From the IMG/VR virus record IMGVR_UViG_3300033562_002112, positions 1 through 37,430 of that record: a stretch of DNA of 37,430 bases, one strand, 5' to 3'. This document shows positions 9,006 to 18,413 of this stretch, in pieces (within the stretch, counting starts at the first letter, position 1; each line of letters starts with the position of its first letter). The notes below the pieces were generated by a model. It was not told the origin of the DNA, ran no database searches, and was given only the letters and a program-made list of their open reading frames with translations. The stretch comes from a virus (Duplodnaviria; Caudoviricetes). The position numbers and the translations under genes were made by a program.

Positions 9006-11435
9006 ATGAACATTCCTGTAATTCTCTACGATTTGGAGAAAAAAATTATTCTCCAAAATTCAAACATAAAAACAAACTGTCAATATTTTTATTCATATCG
9101 AAATTTTGAAGTAAAAATAATTTCAGGTATTGGGATAATATATTCTGTTAAACAATTACAAAACGACTTATTAGAAAATTATCTTGAAACTCAAGAAGGT
9201 CAAGAATTTCAAAATAATTTTGGATATACATTATATATTCCAGAAAATAAAACATCAGTTGTTGTTGAAATTTCAAATAGTTATGAAACAAAACAATACA
9301 CATTCAATTTAGAATATGATAATATCATTGATGAAACAAATGAACATTACAATGATTTATTGATAAATAATTATTTACCAACTTATACTGAATTAGAAAA
9401 ATGTATTCCAGATGAATTTGAACAAGGTAATTTAATAAAACGTTTATTACTTGATTTTAAAACTATCTTAAAATATAAGGGAACAAAAAAATCAATTGAA
9501 AAAATATTGAATTTTATTGGTTTTGGTAATGATAATCTCAATATTTATGAAGAATATTTTAATCGAAAATCAAATACATTCAATGTAAATCCAAATAAAA
9601 AAACAGATATAAAAACAGGTAATTATCATGTTATTTATGATAATTTTACACATGGAGAACTTGATGCAAATAATATGCCTCAAAGATATATTGTTATTGA
9701 TGATTTGGATAAATTTTCCGAACATTTATTAAACGCAATTGCTTTGATAAATATTTATTTCACTTGTGAAGAACAAGAAATAATATTTTTTGCATTAAAT
9801 TATTCCAGTAATATTCCATCATGGGCGGCAACAACATCTTCGATGAATATGATTGTTAAAAATGATGTTTTTGGTTTTCGAAAAGATATTCATATAGATA
9901 TGAATACATTCTTTTCTTCATCTTTAGAAACAATTATTATTGAAAATTGTTATCAAAAAGTAAATAGTATTTTTAAATCCGAATGTAAATATTTTATTGA
10001 TCAATATTTAATCAATAAAACAAATTCCGAAATATATTTTGTTGATTATGAAATATTTGATGATGAAATAATTGATCCTTCATTAGACTGGACAAAAATA
10101 GAAAGAGTTTTTGGTAATATTATCAATCTAAATATTTTATCTCCTAATGTGTATGTGGAATTTGAACTTTTAGATAAAAATAATCCATTTAGTAAATTAA
10201 TATTTCCAAAACAATATGTTTCGAATTTTATTAACAAAACTATTGTTTTGATAAAAACTTCCGAATATAGATTAACTATTAAATTAACAGATAAATATAA
10301 TAATGTTGAATCTTATATTTATGATTTTAACGTAAATATTGATATTCAACAAATTGATTTTGAAGTATTTAATTCAACAGAATTACGTCCAGATAATAAT
10401 AAAAACAAAATAATTTTGGATATTGATTCTCAAGTTGAAACAATTGTTATTCCCGAGATAGAAGAAGAATCAAAAAGTTTCATAATATCGCCATTATCTT
10501 CTATTCCAGAAGATATGAATACTTATTTTGATACTGAACCAACTGAAATGTTTCGTTGGTTAACAGAAAATAAAAAACATAATATTACAAGTTTAAATTT
10601 GGATTATTCTCTTGATTCTATAACGGAAACTATTCCATTAGATCTTTTCCATAATTGGTTAGATTTAATTTCTTTTAAATATGATCCTTTATGGAATCTT
10701 AAATTAAGAGTATACGATAAAAATCTTGGGAAAAAAATATTAATTAATTATGAAGATATAACGCAATATGATCCAACATTTGATATTTTATATCTTATGG
10801 TAATGGATATTTTTGATCGTTTAGAAGATGGTTCTATAAATCCAGTTGCTGAACCATTTTATTTTATCACAACTATTGATACTGGAATAGAAATAAATAA
10901 AAATACATTTGATTTTGTATTAGTAAATACAGAAACTTCAGTAATAAAATCCATATATTCAATGATTGATAATACTGAAATTTTTAGGAAAAAAATTCCT
11001 GTTAATCATGATTTTCCATTATTTCCTATTGTTTCTGAATTAGCACCAACTTTAACCACATATATTTCTCCATCAAAATATGTTGAAGAATATATTGCTA
11101 TAACAGAAACAAAAACATTAAATACAATACGTTCATTATTCACAAGATTAATTAATGTTTCAGAGGATTCATATCATCTTAGTTATTCGATGAAAATATT
11201 CGATATAATTCTTTGTCGGCTAAATGATAAATATGTTGTTAATTCAACAGATATTGTATGGAAAGTTTTTAATTCTTTTACAAATGAATTACTATTCGAA
11301 ACAAAAGATTTTGCTTTAAAATATCAGATAACTGAAAATCTTTGTTTTGATGTTTCATGTAATTTTTTAGTAAACGGATTACCATATACTATTTTTAAAA
11401 AATCATTATTTTCAAGTTTTAAAATAAATGAATAA
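9006..11435 (+). CDS. Putative baseplate wedge protein (gp7 / tail protein I-like motif), 809 aa
   Basis: LLLDFKTILKYKGTKKSIEKILNFIGF resembles the KGTxxxI motif of wedge proteins. Follows the spike gene. Confidence 0.6.
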   Translation: MNIPVILYDLEKKIILQNSNIKTNCQYFYSYRNFEVKIISGIGIIYSVKQLQNDLLENYLETQEGQEFQNNFGYTLYIPENKTSVVVEISNSYETKQYTFNLEYDNIIDETNEHYNDLLINNYLPTYTELEKCIPDEFEQGNLIKRLLLDFKTILKYKGTKKSIEKILNFIGFGNDNLNIYEEYFNRKSNTFNVNPNKKTDIKTGNYHVIYDNFTHGELDANNMPQRYIVIDDLDKFSEHLLNAIALINIYFTCEEQEIIFFALNYSSNIPSWAATTSSMNMIVKNDVFGFRKDIHIDMNTFFSSSLETIIIENCYQKVNSIFKSECKYFIDQYLINKTNSEIYFVDYEIFDDEIIDPSLDWTKIERVFGNIINLNILSPNVYVEFELLDKNNPFSKLIFPKQYVSNFINKTIVLIKTSEYRLTIKLTDKYNNVESYIYDFNVNIDIQQIDFEVFNSTELRPDNNKNKIILDIDSQVETIVIPEIEEESKSFIISPLSSIPEDMNTYFDTEPTEMFRWLTENKKHNITSLNLDYSLDSITETIPLDLFHNWLDLISFKYDPLWNLKLRVYDKNLGKKILINYEDITQYDPTFDILYLMVMDIFDRLEDGSINPVAEPFYFITTIDTGIEINKNTFDFVLVNTETSVIKSIYSMIDNTEIFRKKIPVNHDFPLFPIVSELAPTLTTYISPSKYVEEYIAITETKTLNTIRSLFTRLINVSEDSYHLSYSMKIFDIILCRLNDKYVVNSTDIVWKVFNSFTNELLFETKDFALKYQITENLCFDVSCNFLVNGLPYTIFKKSLFSSFKINE
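9032..9057 (+). promoter_or_regulatory. Intragenic hairpin, 9-bp perfect stem
   Basis: TTTGGAGAA-AAAAATTA-TTCTCCAAA, 26 nt into the 9006 CDS, just after the spike gene stop. Confidence 0.5.
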
Positions 11436-12126
11436 AACATTAATAATTGGTCTTGATCTTTCATTTAATTCAACAGGTATTGTAATATCTGAAATTGAAG
11501 GAACAAACGGAAAATTTATTGAGTTTCATAAAGTAATTTTTGATCACAATTCTAATAAAACTGATAAAAAATATACTCCTCAATCAATAAAAAATATTAA
11601 TATCCACACATATCGTATGCCAACAAATATTTTGGTAAGTGATTTAGTATTGGATATTAATGACACAAATAATTTGGAGCAATGTGAAGCTACTTTGAAA
11701 GCAATGATTTGTTCTAAAAAAATAGGGATAATAATTGCACAAAAAATATTGGAATCAAATCCAACAGAAGTTATTGTTTCAATTGAAAATTATATAATGC
11801 CTGCATTTTCAGGCCAAAATCAATTGAAAACAGTTTCTGGTTTAATAATGTTACAAGGATATGTAAGACAAGTAATTATTCGATTATGTTTGGATAAAAA
11901 TATTTCCTTTAAATTATATACTCCTACACCATCATCGAATAAATTATTTTTTTCAAGAAATGGACATGCTGAAAAACCAGAAATGTTAAAAGCATTTTTA
12001 AATTATTATGATGGAAATAAATTACTTCCATCAGTAACAATTGATTCATCCGCATCTGTTAATGACGTAATTGATGCTTTTTCTCTTATGATGAACGCTT
12101 ATAATAAACACATAGTAAAAAAATAA
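11428..12126 (+). CDS. ruvC: RuvC-like Holliday junction resolvase
   Basis: IIGLDLSFNSTG (first Asp), SIENY (Glu), YTPTPSSNKLFFSRNGHAEKPEM and NDVIDAF (two Asp) reproduce the RuvC catalytic motifs. Confidence 0.88.
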   Translation: MNKTLIIGLDLSFNSTGIVISEIEGTNGKFIEFHKVIFDHNSNKTDKKYTPQSIKNINIHTYRMPTNILVSDLVLDINDTNNLEQCEATLKAMICSKKIGIIIAQKILESNPTEVIVSIENYIMPAFSGQNQLKTVSGLIMLQGYVRQVIIRLCLDKNISFKLYTPTPSSNKLFFSRNGHAEKPEMLKAFLNYYDGNKLLPSVTIDSSASVNDVIDAFSLMMNAYNKHIVKK

Positions 12127-12128
12127 TC

Positions 12129-12542
12129 ATGACAAAAATTTTTGAAAACAAAAGTTTAAGATTTATTTGTAATTCAATCAATGTTGGATTAGTTGAAACA
12201 GAAGAAATCGATATTAATGATTTAGAAATTGTATCGAAAAATAATCCCGATTTTATCATAAAAGTAATCGAAATCGATATTTCAGACTATGTTGTAAATA
12301 TGTTAAAAAAATCAAACATATTAAGAACCAAAATAAAAAAATTTGAAACAAGTTTTTATGATTTTGTTGTTTTCAATACAACAGAAAATACATTAATTTC
12401 GATTAGTTTGTTGGAATTATCTATGATCGCTCCAAAATTAATTCAAGGAGAACAACAAAAAAACGAAGATGAAATAACAAATACAATAAATAACAATTGG
12501 TCTTTTGATTCAGAAGAATGGGATTTAATATTGCAAAAATAA
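12129..12542 (+). CDS. Hypothetical protein (137 aa)
   Basis: Tightly coupled ORF with typical codon usage and an acidic, Trp-containing C-terminus. Confidence 0.7.
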   Translation: MTKIFENKSLRFICNSINVGLVETEEIDINDLEIVSKNNPDFIIKVIEIDISDYVVNMLKKSNILRTKIKKFETSFYDFVVFNTTENTLISISLLELSMIAPKLIQGEQQKNEDEITNTINNNWSFDSEEWDLILQK

Positions 12543-12589
12543 TTTAAAAACCATTATATAATATATAAAACTTATTAAATACAAACAAA

Positions 12590-12964
12590 ATGGATAAAAA
12601 TAACTTTTTGGATTTTCTTTCTTTATTGGAAGGATTTAAAGTAAAATTTCGTGAATTGCATTGGAATAGCGAATTATTATCAGAACATGAATTATGTGAT
12701 GAAATTATGTCTAAAATATCTGTTTTCCAAGATAATTTTGCCGAAGAAGGATTTGTATTTTTTGAACATTTTGAAAATAATGGATTTTCAGTCAATAAAA
12801 TTTTCAGCTATTCAACAAAAGAAACATTACAAATTTTATTGGAAAATACCAATACCATTAGAGAACAATTAATCAATAATTCTGAATTTGTTGGATTATT
12901 ATCAGTAACAGATTCATTTATACACAATATAAATAAATTCATATATTTATGTGATTTTAAATAA
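12590..12964 (+). CDS. Ferritin/Dps-like four-helix bundle protein (phage DUF5856-like)
   Basis: KFRELHWNSELLSEHELCDEI...QDNFAEE and INKFIYL match the HW-x(7)-H-x(3)-D...D-xx-A-E Dps-type ligand pattern. Confidence 0.75.
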   Translation: MDKNNFLDFLSLLEGFKVKFRELHWNSELLSEHELCDEIMSKISVFQDNFAEEGFVFFEHFENNGFSVNKIFSYSTKETLQILLENTNTIREQLINNSEFVGLLSVTDSFIHNINKFIYLCDFK

Positions 12965-13018
12965 TAAATTACCTAAATATAACTAACTAACTATACTTAC
13001 TCGTAGCACTCAATTACA

Positions 13019-13399
13019 ATGGAAGAAAGAAAAAATGAGTTTTTTATATTTACGATAATTTTACTTTTGATAGGGTTTTTGCAATATTTTCGAAAAATAT
13101 TGACTGGCACTAAAATGAATAAAATTTCAAAAATATTATATCTTGTGACATTAATAATTTTTTCGATTTCAACAATGTTCGTATTATATGTTACGGATTT
13201 CAATAACGTCCTATCTTTTATGGTGGGGTTAATTGTCGCAACTTCTTCTGAACAAATTGCTAAATTATTTTTAACTATTGGAAGTAATTTTACTTCAATA
13301 GGGATTAAAATAGTTAAAAATTATTCTGGAATTGATTTGACTGATGAATTAAAAGAAAAAAAGATTGAAAATAAGACTGAAAATAATTTTGAAAATTAA
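13019..13399 (+). CDS. Holin-like membrane protein (3 predicted TM segments)
   Basis: Three hydrophobic stretches (FFIFTIILLLIGFLQYF; ILYLVTLIIFSISTMFVLYV; VLSFMVGLIVATSS) and a highly charged C-terminal tail; 126 aa. Confidence 0.55.
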   Translation: MEERKNEFFIFTIILLLIGFLQYFRKILTGTKMNKISKILYLVTLIIFSISTMFVLYVTDFNNVLSFMVGLIVATSSEQIAKLFLTIGSNFTSIGIKIVKNYSGIDLTDELKEKKIENKTENNFEN

Positions 13400-13428
13400 T
13401 AAAAATAAAAAACCAATTCATTTTAATC

Positions 13429-13977
13429 ATGGATAAAATAATTTTTTACCTTTTCGCAGGAATAATTGTTCCAATTATTTTTTCATTATTTACAATAGGG
13501 ATAACTATTTTCACTATTGGAGAATTTAAAGAACATAAGAAAAAAGTACCACTAATAATTAATTTGTTAACATTAAAATTAGTTTTTTTTGTGATTATAA
13601 TTTTGCACACATTTCATTATTATCTTCATAATTTTATACCCGAAAGTTTTTATTTCGTATCAATTTCATTAAATTTTTATATCATTCTTGAATATTTACA
13701 AATAAATAAAATATTTTTTACTCTTCGAAGATATATCACTAATGATAATCCTTTGGATAGTAGTTTCCTTATTTATTTAAAAAACAATATTCCAATATTG
13801 TTGAAAGAAAATTTATTATATTATGTTGTATTACAAATATTTGGTATATTAATTGCCATTATTTTGTTAATCATAACAATACATTCATTCAGTATGTTTA
13901 ATTTATTTTTGTCAATTGTATATTTATTTATTTATTCAATCAAATTCTACCTTTCTAAATATTTAAGTACTTTGTAA
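13429..13977 (+). CDS. Integral membrane protein (about 5 TM segments), function unknown
   Basis: 182 aa dominated by I/L/F stretches. Confidence 0.7.
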   Translation: MDKIIFYLFAGIIVPIIFSLFTIGITIFTIGEFKEHKKKVPLIINLLTLKLVFFVIIILHTFHYYLHNFIPESFYFVSISLNFYIILEYLQINKIFFTLRRYITNDNPLDSSFLIYLKNNIPILLKENLLYYVVLQIFGILIAIILLIITIHSFSMFNLFLSIVYLFIYSIKFYLSKYLSTL

Positions 13978-13988
13978 AATTATTAAAT

Positions 13989-14777
13989 ATGATAACTGTA
14001 AACAATAATCAACAACTTGTAGAAGCTGATCGACAATTTATCAATTTAGTAAGTAACAGAATAACAGGTTATGGACAAATACCATATACTGTTCCTGAAC
14101 CACTAATTATTGATATTATTAAAGAATCAGCTCGATATTTTTATCGTCATTATTATAAAGCAACTTATAAAACATTTTTTAGAATTTCCAAATATGATGT
14201 TTTACAATTTTTAGGAATTAATAATCATCCAAACATAACCGATTATACAATTATACTTCCAAGTTTTATAAATGTTGTTGTTGAATTACATGAATCAGAT
14301 AAAGTAAATTCACCAACATCACAAGAATTAATTGAAAATATTCAATTATTACAAAGATCCGCACCATATGGGCAATCAGTTTTAGGTATAAATAATTCCC
14401 TTTATATTATGGAAGCTGCTTGTAGAATGGTTGAAGAAACAAATTATAATTCAATTTTTGGTACAACTGTTCCATTTAATTACAATAATCTTATTCATCA
14501 GTTAAATATACATAAAACACTTTTAACAAATTTGATTGCTGAAGTATTAGCCAACGTTGATATCCAAATATTATATAATGATGATTTATATATTCGTCAT
14601 GTAATTGCGCGAACAAAACAAGAATTAAAGAGAGTAATTGGTTCACATACAATTGAACTTCCAGGCGGAGCAACATTGAATGCTGATGAAGTTTGCAATA
14701 ATATCGAAGATGTTGAGAAAGTTGAAGAAATTTTGAAAAACTCAGGTGGTATTGGTGACATAATAATGATGCGATAA
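13989..14777 (+). CDS. Neck / head-tail adaptor protein (T4 gp13-like)
   Basis: IIKESARYFYRHY near the N-terminus and IELPGGATLNAD near the C-terminus match the gp13 LPGGVTLNG motif; 262 aa. Confidence 0.85.
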   Translation: MITVNNNQQLVEADRQFINLVSNRITGYGQIPYTVPEPLIIDIIKESARYFYRHYYKATYKTFFRISKYDVLQFLGINNHPNITDYTIILPSFINVVVELHESDKVNSPTSQELIENIQLLQRSAPYGQSVLGINNSLYIMEAACRMVEETNYNSIFGTTVPFNYNNLIHQLNIHKTLLTNLIAEVLANVDIQILYNDDLYIRHVIARTKQELKRVIGSHTIELPGGATLNADEVCNNIEDVEKVEEILKNSGGIGDIIMMR

Positions 14778-15212
14778 ATGGAATTTAAACTAATTGATGA
14801 AAGAGAACAAGAAGATTCAATATCTATTCAATTAATAGATAAAAAGAAAATATTGGGTCATATTGATATAAGTGAAATTGTTGATGGTTATTGGTGGTTT
14901 GATAATGATAAAATGACCGAAGAACAATTTGACAATTTATTTCCAGATAGTAACTTTTTATTAATTCAGTTACTTTTCATTAATGAAAAATTTCGTGGTA
15001 AGGGTTTTGCAAGAATTTTAATGGAAGAATTTGAAAAATTAATTCCAAAAATTTTCAAACATCATAATAGAATAATATTAAGTGCTTCTCCAATTTGTTT
15101 CCCTATTGCGAATCGTTTTGATTTAGAACAATTAATATTATTTTATAAAAAATTTGGATTCCAAGAATTGGAAAGAGAAATAAATAATTGCACAATGATT
15201 AAAAACATATAA
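14778..15212 (+). CDS. GNAT-family N-acetyltransferase
   Basis: Motif A LFINEKFRGKGFARILM and motif B LILFYKKFGF. Confidence 0.9.
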   Translation: MEFKLIDEREQEDSISIQLIDKKKILGHIDISEIVDGYWWFDNDKMTEEQFDNLFPDSNFLLIQLLFINEKFRGKGFARILMEEFEKLIPKIFKHHNRIILSASPICFPIANRFDLEQLILFYKKFGFQELEREINNCTMIKNI

Positions 15213-15215
15213 TAA

Positions 15216-18200
15216 ATGAAAAGTTCCGCAGAAGAATTATTCGATAACATGTCTTTACTGTATAAAAATATTTACAGTTTATTAACGGCTTTTCAAGAAG
15301 CATCAATAAGTCAAAATTCATTAATTACTGCTAATATTGAAAAACCAGACGGAAGTATTGAAAACGTAACAATCAATTCTTTCCAAAAATTACAACAAGA
15401 ATTAACAAGACTTGATTCAAATTTCAAATCACTTTTAAATAGTGATAATTTATCATATGTTTTGGATAGTGATGGTTCAATATCCCAATTAACAAAAACA
15501 TCTTTTATTAATGCTGAATATTTGGAAAATTTTGTCATGGAACAAGGAAATAATTGTTTTATTGACAAAACATCCGTAATTGATGATTTAATTTTTCCTA
15601 ATATCAAAATACCAATCACAATTGATTCAAATTTACATTCCGATATTTATTGCAGAACATTTGAAATTAGTCAGGGTTGGCAAGAAATTCCTATTAATCC
15701 AACAATTATCGATTTAGAATATCTTGGAAGTATAGGGAAAGTTATTTTTAAAGAAATTAATCGTAGTTTAAAACTTGAAAAAGAACAAATAAAATATTTT
15801 GGTAAATTTACTATTGAAAATTTATCGATAGATAAAATATCAAACAATATTTTCAATATTGTTTTGAATGAAGTTAAATATACTGGAATAAATACAATAG
15901 GTAATTCGATTGATTTAAAAATTGGAGATTTACTGATTTCTAAATCAGGTTCTTCAAAATATATTATCAATGATATTGATAAAATTACCAAAAAATTAAA
16001 AATTACACGCATAGCAGGTTCAGAAGTTTTAACTACTGGAATTGATACGTTATATTTTAACGAAATACTTCCAAGTGATAAAAAAATAGTTGGAGTTCCT
16101 GTAAGACCATTACAAAAAATAGTGGTATTTTTATCAACAGAAAATTTCAAAAATATTTCATATCCATCAAAAGGAATTAAAATCGATACGGAAAGTTATA
16201 ACGTAGTATATAGAAATAAAACATATACTCTTGATGATTTTTTTGCCAATTATGTATTGAATTTTTCCGAATATTTAACCGCATTTATAAATGATTCAAC
16301 AATTCCTATTAATTTAGGAATTATTCCTGATAAACCTGTTTTAGAAAGTAGTAATTTCAAAGTAGTTCAAATAAATAAACATTTGAATAACAGCAAATCA
16401 ATTACAGAAATAAACGAATTAAATAGTCGTAAACAATCAATTCAAAATGATATAGAATTTAAACAAACACAGATTAATAAAACACAAATTGAAATTGATA
16501 CAGCTAATTTTTCAAATGTTGCGGAAAAAGCTTCCAAAGCAAATTTATTAATAACATTACGTCAAGATTTATTAACATTAAAAACAAATCTTCTTTCTAT
16601 TACAAGAGATATTGATAATAATGCTGTTAAACATGGTTTGAAAAATACAACACCAAAATATAAACTCATAGCTTTTTGGCCAATACAAACCCCAATGTAT
16701 TCTCCAATGACTAAAGCTCAACATATTATAAAATATGAAGTAAATTATCGATATTTATCGAAAGATGCAGATACACTTGAAAATACATCTTACTCGATGA
16801 TTGATAATACTGGTAAATCCATATCTGTTGTTTTTTCTCCGTGGGTTGAATTACCAACAAAGACATTATATAAAACAAAAAATATTGATGGAGATTTTAC
16901 TTGGAAAACAGAGATACTTGATAGTGTTGAAGAAATTAACATTAATCAATTAGCTATTTCAATTAATGAAGGCGAATCTGTTGAAGTAAAAATTCGTGCT
17001 ATTTCGGAAGCAGGATATCCAATTTCACAAATAAAATCTGAATGGTCAGAAATAATCAGAGTTGATTTTCCAAGTGAATTAAAACAATCCAATATTATTT
17101 CAGCAATAAGTGAAAACAATATTGATTTAAATAAAGCTGAATTTGAAGGAATATTACAAAATCATGGTTTATTAACTCATATTGCAGGAACTATACGTGA
17201 AGGAGAAAAAACATTTTTACATGTTGCCAAAGATATAGCTTCTGGTCAATTTACAACTGAACAAAAAAATATTGGTCTTGATGTTCTTTTAACCACAATA
17301 TTAAAAGAAATATCTTTATTTAAAACTGAAAATTCAAACAATAGTGTTACTGTTGAATTAATTGATTTTTCAAATGAATCTTTTGTTGTTAAAAACAATA
17401 CAACAATGGAATTATTTGCAGGTAATTATTCGGATAATTTAAGTTTATTAGATCCAACAAGTTGGGGATCAATTATTCGTAAAAAAGGTTATATAAAAAT
17501 CAAAAATAAAAATACAATTCCAATAGAAATAAAAACTCTTGTTCCTGGAAATGTATTTGATGCTACAAAAGCCCCTGGATATTATAATGTTATGGTGAGA
17601 GGAGCTAATCAATTATCTCAAGAAAGTAAACAAATACTTTACTTTAGAAATGTTGATTTAACAAATCAACCAACAGAACATTTTAAACTTGTTTCTTCGA
17701 AATTAGAAAATGCCTTAACTTATCCGTCACCTCTTGATATTGATGATTTGGCATTAGAAATCGATAGAAATATCCTTTATATGGAAGAGGACAATACTCT
17801 ACAAATTTGTAAATTAAAAGACTCATATAGTACTGATTTCGTAGCTTTTACAAAAGAACATCCAATATTGGAATCAAATAAAGAATTATTGATTGGAGAA
17901 TTTGAACGTTTAAAATTATATTCTTCAAATATTAAAGAAAAACAATATCAAAGCGAATATGTTCCATTGGAAGATAATTTAATGGGATTTGATGATAATG
18001 ATTTTTATGCTATTGGAGAAAAAACTTGTGGTGCATTTTTATATCCAATTCTTTCAAATAAATCCTCAATATCGGTTGTTGGTGATACGGCAATTGCCAC
18101 TTTAATTATTCAACGTGAATCAGAGGTTTTAATACCTTTCGTATTCGAATATAGAATGATTGATAGATTGGGGAATATTAATGGTTTATTAAATCAAGAT

Positions 18201-18401
18201 AAAAATACACCATTATCTTATGAGAAAAAAATTGGAATTGATATGCTATTAAATAACGAATTGTTTAAATTCGATATTAATGTGAATTGTAAACTAAAAT
18301 CAAAAATCGCTACTATTGATTCAAAAAATATTTCATCAGTTATTGGAAAATATATAGGTGAAAATGGTTTGAGTTCAGGTAATGAAAATAACAATCTTTA
18401 A
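15216..18401 (+). CDS. Large putative virion structural protein (1061 aa) with central coiled coil and FN3-like segment
   Basis: Coiled coil EINELNSRKQSIQNDIEFKQTQINKTQIEI...; VEVKIRAISEAGYPISQIKSEWSE resembles an FN3 terminal strand. Located in the structural operon. Confidence 0.6.
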   Translation: MKSSAEELFDNMSLLYKNIYSLLTAFQEASISQNSLITANIEKPDGSIENVTINSFQKLQQELTRLDSNFKSLLNSDNLSYVLDSDGSISQLTKTSFINAEYLENFVMEQGNNCFIDKTSVIDDLIFPNIKIPITIDSNLHSDIYCRTFEISQGWQEIPINPTIIDLEYLGSIGKVIFKEINRSLKLEKEQIKYFGKFTIENLSIDKISNNIFNIVLNEVKYTGINTIGNSIDLKIGDLLISKSGSSKYIINDIDKITKKLKITRIAGSEVLTTGIDTLYFNEILPSDKKIVGVPVRPLQKIVVFLSTENFKNISYPSKGIKIDTESYNVVYRNKTYTLDDFFANYVLNFSEYLTAFINDSTIPINLGIIPDKPVLESSNFKVVQINKHLNNSKSITEINELNSRKQSIQNDIEFKQTQINKTQIEIDTANFSNVAEKASKANLLITLRQDLLTLKTNLLSITRDIDNNAVKHGLKNTTPKYKLIAFWPIQTPMYSPMTKAQHIIKYEVNYRYLSKDADTLENTSYSMIDNTGKSISVVFSPWVELPTKTLYKTKNIDGDFTWKTEILDSVEEININQLAISINEGESVEVKIRAISEAGYPISQIKSEWSEIIRVDFPSELKQSNIISAISENNIDLNKAEFEGILQNHGLLTHIAGTIREGEKTFLHVAKDIASGQFTTEQKNIGLDVLLTTILKEISLFKTENSNNSVTVELIDFSNESFVVKNNTTMELFAGNYSDNLSLLDPTSWGSIIRKKGYIKIKNKNTIPIEIKTLVPGNVFDATKAPGYYNVMVRGANQLSQESKQILYFRNVDLTNQPTEHFKLVSSKLENALTYPSPLDIDDLALEIDRNILYMEEDNTLQICKLKDSYSTDFVAFTKEHPILESNKELLIGEFERLKLYSSNIKEKQYQSEYVPLEDNLMGFDDNDFYAIGEKTCGAFLYPILSNKSSISVVGDTAIATLIIQRESEVLIPFVFEYRMIDRLGNINGLLNQDKNTPLSYEKKIGIDMLLNNELFKFDINVNCKLKSKIATIDSKNISSVIGKYIGENGLSSGNENNNL

Positions 18402-18413
18402 CAATGTGTTATA

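Noticed and set aside
11428-12126. TnpB/Cas12 or transposase interpretation of the RuvC fold
   Set aside because: Only 232 aa with contiguous resolvase motifs, no zinc finger, and no CRISPR array, terminal repeats or non-coding RNA gap nearby.
12651-12872. Same-strand alternative-frame ORFs 12651-12872 and 29995-30201
   Set aside because: Short, fully nested, with no GC shift, slippery site or protein motif, unlike the 32921 overlap.
12980-12993. Short TAAC tandem repeat in an intergenic gap
   Set aside because: Only about three units, with no other copies seen; indistinguishable from chance.
15311-16150. Minus-strand ORFs of 102 and 159 aa, and similar short ones near 10046, 12544, 12997, 14491, 22922, 23404, 24764, 25748, 26796, 27593, 27956, 31879, 32054, 32904, 34888, 35749 and 37111
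   Set aside because: All overlap longer plus-strand genes on the opposite strand and look like shadow ORFs.
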